Shown: one piece after another, positions 10,899-20,300 of the stretch | Numbering within the stretch: the stretch's first letter is position 1 | How the letters are laid out: every line of letters starts with the position of its first letter | Assembly: GCA_019057385.1 (NCBI GenBank) | Contig: JAHQJS010000006.1 | Coordinates: 517,038-581,037 of the forward strand | Length of the DNA: 64,000 nucleotides | Direction: 5' to 3' | Origin: Candidatus Borrarchaeum weybense | GTDB taxonomy: Archaea; Asgardarchaeota; Sifarchaeia; Borrarchaeales; Borrarchaeaceae | Notes under the pieces: model-generated | The model's input: the letters and a program-made list of their open reading frames with translations, nothing else | Database searches by the model: none | What the model was told of the DNA's origin: nothing | Translations under genes and position numbers: made by a program

Positions 10899-12568
10899 GA
10901 ATACTCACTCTCGATTATTTTAATCAATTTTTGATTTATTTCAGATTCAGACATTGGTATTCCTTTTGTTATTCTTGCTAAGGATATTGCTAGTTGATTA
11001 GCATGATCGATTAGTTTTTCAAGTTCTTTTTCTTTCTTTTTTTCGGCCTCTTTACGTGATATGTATGTCTTAACGCCCCTGAAAGCCTTTTGCATGCTTA
11101 ATTTGATTGTTTCGCGTAACTCATCATAATCTGCAATGAAATCTTTCGCAGCATCTTGATAGGGTATTCTTGTTGACACAACACTCACCATAACTGTGAC
11201 CCCGTGCACATTTATGTCGATATAGCGTTTAATGTTAGCCTCTTCAAGTGCCTTATAGCAAACATCACTTCGCTCTTTGAAGAGAAGTGGAATTCGATTC
11301 GCAAATCTATAAAGTGCGACACCAACTGGAATTTTGCCTCCCCATGCTACGGAAGTAGTAATATGCACAGGATGTCCTTTAATAGAAATAATTTTACCCG
11401 TAACACTGTTAATGTATTCTGGCTCTAAAAGATAACTCGCTGCTTTTTCTAAACTTTCATGAGGCAAAATTGAAAGACAACTGCTATCTGGAGCTGGAAA
11501 ATCTTCGTAAGAGGACATTGCTTGTGACAATTTAAAAATATGAACGTCATTTAATTCATTAAGAGGCATATTTGGATCTATTTCTACTTTGTAACGCAAG
11601 AATTTTTTTGCTGTCCCTTCTCCAATGCCTTGGAAATCAAGCATGAGAAACTCTGCTAAAGTAGGGTATCCCTCTTTTTGTTCGCTTTTAAAAACATATT
11701 TTTTTGGGTATCGTTTCACCATTTCTTTCAATTCTTCAATATCAATTCCATGTGGATGAGATTTCGTTTCTGTCGGGAGAGGGGGAATTTCATCCGTTAC
11801 TCGTCTAAAGAGGTACTTCTCATCACCAATCACTAACCGAAAATTTACATAAGGTGTAACTAGAGCTAATTGCCTAAAATATTCCAAAATGCGTTGCTTC
11901 GCCCAAACCAAATTGCCACCGAAGTATAGTCGCATTCTTAAGCCATGCCAAGGTTTGTCTGGAATAATGCGTTGTGCTGAATAAATCGGAGAATTCGATT
12001 TAAGATCTATTCTGATACGAAAATAACTTTCTTCTGCCTCTTCTCTTGTAGCCGACCAGATTTCCGTATCCAAACCCGTTGTTCTTTGAGCATGTATCAT
12101 CGCCATCTTAGCACCCATACCAAACCGTCCTCTTCCTTGTTTGATTCCGTATTTCGTGCCTGTAAAAACAGTGCCAAAGACTAAGCTAACGAATTCATGA
12201 TGGATTCCAGGGCCATTATCTTCCACTTCGATAACATAGTTTTTTTCACTTGGATCAAAATCAGTCTCGAATTCCTCAATGCCGTCTAAGCCCGACCCAG
12301 ATCCAATATCATCCAAGTTTGCTAGTATTTTTTTACGAATGAGTTCATGACTGACTGGTTGGATGACAATATTGATGTTTGGATATATTATTTCCTCTCC
12401 GCGTATCTGAAGCTTTTGAATATCTTCGTCACATGCATCTAGACTGTTTTCGACCAATTCTCTTACACTAGTAAAAGTGCTCTTTCCAGGATTGTCAAAA
12501 CCTGCAATTTCGGAATTTTCTTTAAACCATTGGGCTGCCGATAGGGTTTCTACTTTATTCGAAGTCAT
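10895..12568 (-). CDS. top6B: DNA topoisomerase VI subunit B (canonical length)
   Basis: ELVENSLDA, EDNGPGI, GTKYGIKQGRGRFGMGAK, YRFANRIPLL, and transducer Lys motif AAKDFIAD. Confidence 0.95.
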   Translation of the reverse strand: MTSNKVETLSAAQWFKENSEIAGFDNPGKSTFTSVRELVENSLDACDEDIQKLQIRGEEIIYPNINIVIQPVSHELIRKKILANLDDIGSGSGLDGIEEFETDFDPSEKNYVIEVEDNGPGIHHEFVSLVFGTVFTGTKYGIKQGRGRFGMGAKMAMIHAQRTTGLDTEIWSATREEAEESYFRIRIDLKSNSPIYSAQRIIPDKPWHGLRMRLYFGGNLVWAKQRILEYFRQLALVTPYVNFRLVIGDEKYLFRRVTDEIPPLPTETKSHPHGIDIEELKEMVKRYPKKYVFKSEQKEGYPTLAEFLMLDFQGIGEGTAKKFLRYKVEIDPNMPLNELNDVHIFKLSQAMSSYEDFPAPDSSCLSILPHESLEKAASYLLEPEYINSVTGKIISIKGHPVHITTSVAWGGKIPVGVALYRFANRIPLLFKERSDVCYKALEEANIKRYIDINVHGVTVMVSVVSTRIPYQDAAKDFIADYDELRETIKLSMQKAFRGVKTYISRKEAEKKKEKELEKLIDHANQLAISLARITKGIPMSESEINQKLIKIIESEYS

Positions 12569-12635
12569 AGCATTACCTACTTTAATTGACTATCTTGAAA
12601 GTAGTTATATGTGCTTTTAATCAAAAAAATGAGAA

Positions 12636-13340
12636 CTATACTTCCTTAGAACTGTTATCATCCTCTATTTGAACCTTAAAAATCTTACTAATGAGATTTG
12701 CTCTCGCATTTAGAATGTTCTCATCCCATAGCCTATTAACAAAGAGCTTAAACACATGTTCCATCGCATATGCTACATGTCCTCTTCCAATAGTCCTTCT
12801 TTGAGTGAGAAACATAATACTAACCAGTTCTTGACACAAAGCATCAAGCATTTCCTTAAGGTATTGGTCAGAAACCTCTATAAGTGCCTTTTTAGCCTCT
12901 CCACTTGTGTAGAAACTTGTATTAGCTATATCTGCCATTTTTGCTCTCACATAATTCACAATTGGTGACATAAATACAAGGCGGCGAGTGAGTGCTTCCT
13001 CATCGAATACATCTTCGTCTAATTCTAAACTGAGTTCATCATCAAAATCAATGTCAAAGCTGGATTCCTCTGTTGATGCTTCACCATCCAGAGGTAACTC
13101 ATCGCCTTCTTTCAATTCAGATTCATCAGGTATCTTTTCATCGGTGTGAAATTCTTCATTGTTATTTGAAATTCTATCCACCTCCACTGTTTCAGAAACA
13201 TATTGGATATAAACACCAACATTTATCAAGTTTCCGCTCTGAAAACTAATTATATCTGGCTTGTAAACGAGTTTTTCAATTAAATCTCGTATATCATGCA
13301 CGTATATATACTTAGAAAAATGAAGAGATGCTATGAGCAC
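12636..13340 (-). CDS. Histone-fold protein with an acidic N-terminal extension (true start probably near 13170)
   Basis: LVFMSPIVNYVR...SGEAKKAL...ELVSIMFLTQRRTIGRGHVAYAM resembles the archaeal histone pattern (P...I...S.eA..AL...A.RKTI...DI..A). It is preceded by a D/E-rich tract, and a GGAGGTG SD-like motif lies near 13180. Confidence 0.6.
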   Translation of the reverse strand: MLIASLHFSKYIYVHDIRDLIEKLVYKPDIISFQSGNLINVGVYIQYVSETVEVDRISNNNEEFHTDEKIPDESELKEGDELPLDGEASTEESSFDIDFDDELSLELDEDVFDEEALTRRLVFMSPIVNYVRAKMADIANTSFYTSGEAKKALIEVSDQYLKEMLDALCQELVSIMFLTQRRTIGRGHVAYAMEHVFKLFVNRLWDENILNARANLISKIFKVQIEDDNSSKEV

Positions 13341-13544
13341 GATAGAGTTCGTATTTTCAATCTTAGACTATGGGCTTCCTCTGATGATTTTAGGGAAACC
13401 CCTTTCGAATCGTGATTCTATTCATCTTTTAAAGCATTTATTATTTCATAAAATAAAAATACACTTCTAAACGAACATATAATTCATTGAAATCGCCTCT
13501 GGAGATTCTTTCCTTGTAAGGTGGAGAGGAAAGAGGCGAAGAAA

Positions 13545-14747
13545 CTAAGATAAAGTGAATAATAACCCTTTTCTATATTTTACCAACTTCACGTTTGTAA
13601 TTGAAACACTTGGATTTTTTCCTTTAGGATTCTGCAACATAACCCGTTTTCCGTAGCAATGGACACCTTTCACTCTATATGTTCTATTTCTAAACTTGAC
13701 AAGGTCATACGGTTGCAATTCGTATCGCTGTCTCCTAATAGACGGCTTAAAACCTTTTCTATTCTTCTGGAGCGAACGATTATTGCGCCTGACTTGAATC
13801 ACCTCATAAGAACGACACCGTTCTTGATTCGTTCCTTCAGCAATAACAAACGCATCATTAATATGCGACTTTTCCAGCCCTAACTTGTTACGCTGACATT
13901 TGGTAACGTATCCGTAAGTATGTTCTGCCCCTAACTGCTCTACTATCCTCCAACGGATGATATTCAGACAGGCAGGTGCTTTAAGAGGTTGCTTTGCCTT
14001 GTGCTGGATGTGAGGATAGCCAAACTCCTCGGCGGTCTGATCTCCTTTCTTTTGATTGCATGTTCTATATGATAACGTCAAATTCGATACTCTGTCAGTT
14101 CCACCTCGGCTCTTAGGGACGATATGCTCGACTTCTAAGGGAACGGTTGTTTTACCACAATAGGCACACTTTCGCTCCCATTTGTCTAACAGATATTCTT
14201 TGACTTCGTAGCCCTGAAGTTCACCCTGCTGATATGCTATTCCTGTAATTTCTGGGTGCTGCATTTTCTGAGTGTCGAAATTGGCTACTTCTACTTTTTT
14301 ATAGCTTATCGGAAGCAGCTTTGCAAGCCTTTCAACTAATCGAATATGTGAGTCATGTCTATGCTGAGTACTGGGGGTTAACCATCCTTCAGGGCGATTT
14401 CGATTATTAAAGCGAGATGGGCGATACCCTAATCTACCTCTACGCGCTCTACGATACATCCGTTTTTCGTCTAGCTTTTTAGAGACATCCTTGCGTAAGG
14501 TCAGCATCCCGCTGATGAGTTCTAACTTATCGGTCTTGGCACTAAACCCGAGTTTCGTATACCCGATGTCCACTCCTAGTTTAATCGGTTGCCTAGTTTC
14601 TCCGGTTGCATAGTTCAACTGAATGGTAAAAGGGCATCGCTGAAAAACTTTTGCCTTTCCTTCCTTTAATAATTTCTTTCCTTTATGTTGTGTGGTAGGC
14701 ATGAGCGGTTGCCCTCTGATGTTTAACACATAGATAGGTACTCTCAA
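13545..14747 (-). CDS. iscB: RNA-guided endonuclease IscB
   Basis: GQPLMPT (PLMP), GVDIG (RuvC-I), RRARRGR bridge helix, EVANFD (RuvC-II), HNH CAYCG..EVEHIVPKSRGG..N, HINDA (RuvC-III). Confidence 0.96.
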   Translation of the reverse strand: MRVPIYVLNIRGQPLMPTTQHKGKKLLKEGKAKVFQRCPFTIQLNYATGETRQPIKLGVDIGYTKLGFSAKTDKLELISGMLTLRKDVSKKLDEKRMYRRARRGRLGYRPSRFNNRNRPEGWLTPSTQHRHDSHIRLVERLAKLLPISYKKVEVANFDTQKMQHPEITGIAYQQGELQGYEVKEYLLDKWERKCAYCGKTTVPLEVEHIVPKSRGGTDRVSNLTLSYRTCNQKKGDQTAEEFGYPHIQHKAKQPLKAPACLNIIRWRIVEQLGAEHTYGYVTKCQRNKLGLEKSHINDAFVIAEGTNQERCRSYEVIQVRRNNRSLQKNRKGFKPSIRRQRYELQPYDLVKFRNRTYRVKGVHCYGKRVMLQNPKGKNPSVSITNVKLVKYRKGLLFTLS

Positions 14748-14754
14748 GTCCTAT

Positions 14755-15020
14755 CTCCTCCTTTAACGTGTGTTAAAGTAGTTTGGTTCTCTTCGCCAAG
14801 GTTATCAGTCAGTACTATACGATGATCACTGAGAGTTTCCTCTCTGTTTAAACCACCATTTACAGAGCAAGGGACTAGAGAAGCATCCCTTGGTGTGTTC
14901 TTGAACTCTCCTGATAACATAGATACCGCCATAAATTATATGGCCTCTCTTAGGCTAATCAACTAATTACTCTTGCTCCTCACGGAACAAGCCCCATCCT
15001 TTTAGGGTGGGGTAATTGAC
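14755..15020 (-). ncRNA. omegaRNA scaffold of IscB
   Basis: About 265 nt upstream of iscB, with typical blocks: GTCAA..CCCC..GGGGCTTG, TAGTTGATTAG, ACACC..GGATGCTTCTCTAGTCCC..GCTCTG, TTAAACAG, AACCTTGGCGAAGAG. The guide would come from the flank at 15021-15040. Confidence 0.85.
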
Positions 15021-15742
15021 TTTAACGCAATACCTTGTCCTTCTGTTATACTGAAATCTGTATATCGCATAGAATGCTCTTTGTCTCTCATCTTTTTTAT
15101 TAAAAGTCTGCGTTTTAGCCCTTCATCTGTTTTTATCAATCCCAATTCGATCACACCATCTACTAGAAATTGTTCCAATTGTGGATGGTCATTAGTTGTT
15201 TCTACCTCCGTGAAAATGACAGTTACTCCTTGATTTTTCAAGAATTCGCTCATCCTGATTAAAGCTGTCCTTTGTTTGATTGTTTGTCTTTCTACCCCTT
15301 CTTTACTCTTGCTTGAAACAGTGCGTGTTGGAATTAACAGTGATGTAATGCTATCGACAACAACTCTACTTGTACCACTTTTTTTTATCATTGGAGCGAT
15401 TTTAAGTAACAGATAATCAACATCTGGTCTTGTTGTGTTGATTTCTTTGCTTTTTATACCGATTCGCGGATAAAAACCATCTATTAGTGTAAATAATCCT
15501 ACATCTTCCAGATCCTGTAAATCCCATCCCATTTGTTCTGAGCGTCTTCGCAATGCATTTGGCTTTTCATCAAAAGTGACATATATTCCATGTCTCCCTG
15601 CATTGCATCCTTTAAGAATCCATTGAAGTGAAAAACAAGTCTTGCCAGATCCCTCTGGACCAGTTAAAAGTATACTGTAACCACTTGGAATTAATTCAGT
15701 TATATCCATCGCCATTAGTGATTCACTCCTCAATTTTCTCAA
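15002..15742 (-). CDS. KaiC/RAD55-family RecA-superfamily ATPase
   Basis: Walker A GPEGSGKT, YVTFDE, Walker B VVVDS, FLVDGVIEL, KKMR. The last five residues (SITPP*) are read from the IscB element end. Confidence 0.9.
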   Translation of the reverse strand: MRKLRSESLMAMDITELIPSGYSILLTGPEGSGKTCFSLQWILKGCNAGRHGIYVTFDEKPNALRRRSEQMGWDLQDLEDVGLFTLIDGFYPRIGIKSKEINTTRPDVDYLLLKIAPMIKKSGTSRVVVDSITSLLIPTRTVSSKSKEGVERQTIKQRTALIRMSEFLKNQGVTVIFTEVETTNDHPQLEQFLVDGVIELGLIKTDEGLKRRLLIKKMRDKEHSMRYTDFSITEGQGIALKSITPP

Positions 15743-15751
15743 TCAATCTTG

Positions 15752-16513
15752 TTAGACAATTCTTTCCTTTGTGTCAATTCTAACTTGATAATTATCAGAG
15801 ACGACAATCGGATATTCCCTTGCACGTTGCTCTCTTAAAATCCGTGTTCCTAGTTTCGGAATTTGAATAAAATTGGCAACTCTCTCTCCAGATTGTTTTT
15901 GACGGAGACTAAAAACTACATCTGCAAAATGGGCAATTGTGTTTTCAATATGTTCTTCTTGAAGTCCTCTTGTCATAATCCAGAAGTGAATACCGTCTAT
16001 CTTTGTAATCCGGTGGGTAAATTCCTTTATGAATATCGAATATAAGTCATCTATATCAACACCCCATTCAGGAATTTGGTGAAGGAACGTGCTCAAAGAA
16101 TCAATTACTGATACTATTCGTCTACTTCCTACTACCTTTTCGTTAAAACAATCATCCATATATTCAGAAAGTAAAACTGATAATGGGTTCATTTCTAGTA
16201 TGTCTGGAATGGGCTCCTCTTTGTACATATCAATAATTTTCCATCTGTCCTCAGGAAGATTTGAAATATCCATTCTGATTTCCTTAAATATGCTCTTAAG
16301 TTCTTCAGCTGTATAATCATATAATACATATTTAACTGCCGTATTTACTGATTGATCTCCTGAAAGGTGATACACAATACTCTGTACAAGTAGTCTATGA
16401 ATATAACCAACATCTCCCACAACGAGCACTAAAGAACGATTAGGGATACCACCTTCGCCTATTACCACATCTAAAGTTCGAATTCCAGTAGATAATACCG
16501 TGTTTCCTTCCAT
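15752..16513 (-). CDS. KaiC/RAD55-like protein with a degenerate Walker A (probably inactive)
   Basis: STGIRTLD..GGIP..SLVLVVGDVGYIHR (no GKT), VIDSLS, HFADVVFSL. Confidence 0.8.
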   Translation of the reverse strand: MEGNTVLSTGIRTLDVVIGEGGIPNRSLVLVVGDVGYIHRLLVQSIVYHLSGDQSVNTAVKYVLYDYTAEELKSIFKEIRMDISNLPEDRWKIIDMYKEEPIPDILEMNPLSVLLSEYMDDCFNEKVVGSRRIVSVIDSLSTFLHQIPEWGVDIDDLYSIFIKEFTHRITKIDGIHFWIMTRGLQEEHIENTIAHFADVVFSLRQKQSGERVANFIQIPKLGTRILREQRAREYPIVVSDNYQVRIDTKERIV

Positions 16514-16735
16514 TTTGTTGCCTCCTGAAAAATTAAAGTCATCATTGTATTGAATATGATGTAATAAGGTATGTTACTCATCGTTTTGGATCTTATTAAA
16601 TATATCTCAGTTTGTTCTTCTTAAAAATAATGAGCGATAGAGTCACGGCGCTAAATCTAAGGTGCTTTAAAAAGAGTACTTAGAGCTCTAAACGTATACA
16701 ATAATAGTACGCTCACAAAATTTGCTCTAAAACTT

Positions 16736-16774
16736 ATCAAGAAATCACCAATGCTTTAGCACGAGGTAGCCCAC
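16736..16774 (+). mobile_element. Tiny IS200/IS605 end remnant
   Basis: GCTTTAGCACGAGGTAGCCCAC matches the right end of the 24537-24740 element (GCTTTAGCACGAGGTAACTCAC). Confidence 0.55.
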
Positions 16775-16785
16775 TCTAAAACTTG

Positions 16786-16820
16786 GAAAAAGAAAGAAAA
16801 GAAAGAAAAGAAAGAAAAAA
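16786..16820 (-). terminator. T-rich pyrimidine tract, likely terminator of gldA
   Basis: GAAA/GAAAA run on the + strand about 25 nt past the gldA stop; reads as oligo-T blocks on the coding strand. Confidence 0.45.
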
Positions 16821-16842
16821 AGGGTGAAAATGTAGGATCTGC

Positions 16843-18177
16843 TTAGTAGGATCCAGGTGTGGACAAAGATTTCATGCCAGTATACTCTGGATGACTGATG
16901 TCTGGGAATGCTTCACCCATTGCATTGACAGCTTTCATAGCATCGCGTATTGCTGTCCATGGGTAGAAGTGCCCCTCAGCATCTGGCTCTGGGTATGCTC
17001 TGTTCATGGTTGATAAGAGCACGTCTTTTGCACTAGCATGGGCTGCTGCTTCTATGTCATTCTCGGTTATGCCTTTCAAACCTATATCTGCCCAGGTTGA
17101 TGGTAGACCAACAGTCTTGCAGAATCTCATCACGCTGCGAATAAACTCGGAGTCTCTGTCTTCGAGTACCATTTCACACTGCGTACCGAAAGCTACAAGC
17201 TCACCATGCATCGGGGGTCTCTTGAGACCGGCATAATCGATGTCTTTCATTTTGGCTTCTAATGCAGTCATACCGTTGTGGATACCATGTGCTGCTGAAA
17301 GTCCTCCAGATTCGAATCCGAGACCGCTAAGCAGGATGTTTGCTTCAACTACCTTTTCCATCGCTGGGGTTGTTGCATTTGCTTCAACCGCTATTCTAGC
17401 TTGTACACCATATCTCAATAATGTGTCGAAGCAGAGTCTGGCAATAGCTAGAGCGGTCATTGGCGGACTGCCGCCTGGCATGTTCACACCATTGGTTCGG
17501 TAGCACATATCTGCCTCAAACCAGGTGGCTAGAGCGTCACCCATACCGCTTACTAAAAAGCGCGCAGGAGCCGAAGCTATGATGTTTGTGTCTACTGCAA
17601 CCATTGTTGGGTTGGTCGGATACACAAGGAAAGTCTGGTATACATGTTCCCAGCTATACATAACCGTAAGTGCGCTGCAGGGCGCGTCGGTAGCCGCAAT
17701 AGTAGGCACAACGATCTTTGGTACATCTGCACCAAATTTAGACAGTTTTCCTTGTAACGAGTATCGTTCTAGCTTGTCTTTGGGGAAACTCGACATTCGG
17801 TTTGCAGGAACTACACCGATGTCAATAGCAGTGCCAGTTGCCGCTGCTTTACCAGCATCAATTCCTTTACCGCCACCAATTGAGATGATGGCGTCACACT
17901 CTTTTGATACACATACTTCGGCAATTCGTGCGACTTCGTCATAGGTACATTCACGTTTAAATTCTGTTGACTCAGTTTCGATACCTTTTTCAGTACAGCC
18001 TGCATCAATAAGTGGCTTTGAAACGCTTAAACTCGTTGGTCCTCCCATAAGGAGCGGTCTTTTGATCCCAAGTACTTCAAGTTGTCCAGCTAGCAAACCC
18101 AATGCTCCAGGTCCTTGTACATATCGGCTTGGAGCAATTAAGATTCGTAGAGGTCCAGCGTCTTGTAATCCAGTCAT
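16843..18177 (-). CDS. gldA: Glycerol dehydrogenase family (Zn/Fe-containing alcohol dehydrogenase)
   Basis: APSRYVQGPG, IGGGKGID, VPTIAATDAPCSAL, GMGDALATWFEA, GLGFESGGLSAAHGIHNG, HGELVAFG. Confidence 0.9.
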   Translation of the reverse strand: MTGLQDAGPLRILIAPSRYVQGPGALGLLAGQLEVLGIKRPLLMGGPTSLSVSKPLIDAGCTEKGIETESTEFKRECTYDEVARIAEVCVSKECDAIISIGGGKGIDAGKAAATGTAIDIGVVPANRMSSFPKDKLERYSLQGKLSKFGADVPKIVVPTIAATDAPCSALTVMYSWEHVYQTFLVYPTNPTMVAVDTNIIASAPARFLVSGMGDALATWFEADMCYRTNGVNMPGGSPPMTALAIARLCFDTLLRYGVQARIAVEANATTPAMEKVVEANILLSGLGFESGGLSAAHGIHNGMTALEAKMKDIDYAGLKRPPMHGELVAFGTQCEMVLEDRDSEFIRSVMRFCKTVGLPSTWADIGLKGITENDIEAAAHASAKDVLLSTMNRAYPEPDAEGHFYPWTAIRDAMKAVNAMGEAFPDISHPEYTGMKSLSTPGSY

Positions 18178-18786
18178 TTCATATTACCTCATATATTTTT
18201 AGATATTTTTTTTGTAGAAATAGATACCTTTTAAGGTATGTGAATCACAATATTACACATAGGTTATATATAAATATTAATAACTGAGTCTAATAAGCTC
18301 TGAAAGACCCGATATTAAAACGCGCCGTTTGTAATGCGACTAAAGGTTAATTTCCTTTTGCTTATTCTCTATATGTTAAATTATATTTTGTATCAGCCTT
18401 TTCAAATGTGTGCTACGCTATGATATGTGCATCAATTGAAGTTGTGATGTATCTTAAGAGCCAGTGTTCTGAATAAATACTACAAATAAATTTAGTATTC
18501 TACTCTTTGTAGTCTCAAAAGTTAGTTATCCTCAATTCTAACCATAGAAAAATAGAATTAAAAACGATAATAATTATTACTCTCGATTAATTCATATTTA
18601 GAAACCTAAAATAATGCAATTGTTATTTTTTAAGAATATGTTCCGAAAATACAACTTAAGGCTAAACATAAGGCGAAAAAAACAAAAAATATTGAAAAAA
18701 TTGAATAATAAAGAAATAAAATCAATCATAGGAGTTCAAAATGGATAGAGTCGCATGTATTTGGCATATCAAGTTTTAAAAACGAG

Positions 18787-19344
18787 TTATTGATAAACTG
18801 CCTCAAGAATATGATCTATCAACCTTGCCGCAATTTTCGGGCTGAATAACCTGTGAATTGAGGTAACAACCTCATCTATACGACGTTTTTTGTTGATGAT
18901 AAGTTCCTGAAATGTTTTTCCATATTTTTCCAAAACATACTGCCAAACGATGTCATCCAATTCTTTATAAAACACTTTAAAGACGCTTAAATCACCTGTA
19001 TATTCTTCAATATCGGTTCTATGAGCCTCCATGAATTTGTTTTTAATTTTACGAAGTATAAATTCAATTTTTTTGGAATCTTCTTCGCGATCTACGCAGA
19101 CAGCGAAAATTATTGGATCTTGTGTGCTGGTATCTAAAGCGTAAACGAATTTCATATTCTTCATAATAAGGCTTTCAACGCTTTCCGCACCTATTTCCTC
19201 TGCAAAGCTAGATATCGCCGATAAAAAACCAGTAATTAGAGACTCATCTACTTCAATGCTTCCATAGTAACTATGGAGAAGGCTTTCTCCAGTTTTTTTC
19301 AGAATGTAGACATTATGAATCAACTGTGATGCGCTTCCTCTCAC
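18787..19344 (-). CDS. Longin-domain protein (Asgard type), paralogue 2
   Basis: IHNVYILKKTGESLLHSYY..DESLITGFLSAISSFAEE, the typical longin beta-beta-alpha signature. The start may be the TTG near 19323. Confidence 0.82.
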   Translation of the reverse strand: MRGSASQLIHNVYILKKTGESLLHSYYGSIEVDESLITGFLSAISSFAEEIGAESVESLIMKNMKFVYALDTSTQDPIIFAVCVDREEDSKKIEFILRKIKNKFMEAHRTDIEEYTGDLSVFKVFYKELDDIVWQYVLEKYGKTFQELIINKKRRIDEVVTSIHRLFSPKIAARLIDHILEAVYQ

Positions 19345-19516
19345 ACCTCACTAGTACGATAATATGAACTCTATGTATTCTATTAACTCTATAATATATC
19401 TAATGGGTGCTGTTCTAGGTGGGACATCAGAGATCAACAAGAGAAACAAATACTTGAAAAACTAACCTTGTGAGTTTTTTAAACAGAAAACAGAATTAAG
19501 GGGTCTGTTATTGTTG

Positions 19517-20056
19517 CTATTGTACGATCTTCTCAAGAATTTGATCTATTAGTTTTTGCGCAATTTTCGGGGAGAAAAGATGATAGATCAATGAAATAAC
19601 TTCGTCAATAGTTTGTTCTTTATTCGTAACAAGTTTATGAAAGGCTTTTAAGTATTTGTTTACGACGTATTCCCATACAATTACGTCTAGGTCATTGTAA
19701 AATGGAGCAAATGCCTTTATATCTCCAGTCCAATCTTCGAGGTCAGACTTATGTTTTCCAACAAAAATTTCTTTGATTTCGATTAGTATTTCCTTAATTT
19801 TCTGCTCGTCTTCTTCACGATCCACACTCACTGCAAATATTAGAGGATCGTCTGGCAAGCTTGTGTCCATTGCATAGACAAACTTCATATTCTTCATCAC
19901 AAGGCTTTCAACGCTTTCCGCACCTATCTCCTCTGCAAAAGACGATATTGCAGATAAAAAACCAGTAATAAGGGTCTCATCTACTTCGATAGATCCATAA
20001 TACCCATGAATCAGGCTTTCCCCTGTCTTTTTTAGTATATAGACGTTATGAATCAT
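19517..20056 (-). CDS. Longin-domain protein (Asgard type), paralogue 1
   Basis: MIHNVYILKKTGESLIHGYY..DETLITGFLSAISSFAEE; clear tandem duplicate of 18787-19344. Confidence 0.82.
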   Translation of the reverse strand: MIHNVYILKKTGESLIHGYYGSIEVDETLITGFLSAISSFAEEIGAESVESLVMKNMKFVYAMDTSLPDDPLIFAVSVDREEDEQKIKEILIEIKEIFVGKHKSDLEDWTGDIKAFAPFYNDLDVIVWEYVVNKYLKAFHKLVTNKEQTIDEVISLIYHLFSPKIAQKLIDQILEKIVQ

Positions 20057-20300
20057 CTGTGAGTCGCTTCCTCAGACCCCTCAAATTTATACTTTATAGT
20101 ATTTTACACATATAACTCTTTAGTTAATACTGTGTTCGGTCATATTTATAATTTCTCTGTGAGAACTTCCCCCAACGTGTTGGGGGGATAAATTGCGTGT
20201 TTTGCTTGTTTCACTTTCATCGTAGTGTCCCCTAACTTTAAATAGGTTTTTGGGATAGTAACCCTAGTGACATGAATCTCAGGGGAACATAGGGATAAGT

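Larger units (their letters stand above)
13488..15020 (-). mobile_element. IS200/IS605-superfamily IscB (OMEGA) element without TnpA
   Basis: Left end GTCAATTACCCCACCCTAAAAGGATGGGGCTTG starts at 15020. Right end ..CTCCAGAGGCGATTTCA ends at 13488 and is followed by ATGA. It contains omegaRNA plus iscB. Confidence 0.85.

Noticed and set aside
14744-14932. 62-aa ORF upstream of iscB
   Set aside because: It lies within the omegaRNA scaffold and has no protein features.
17740-17835. Extra segment in gldA as another BHB intron
   Set aside because: It is in frame and protein-like, and I found no BHB pairing at its edges.
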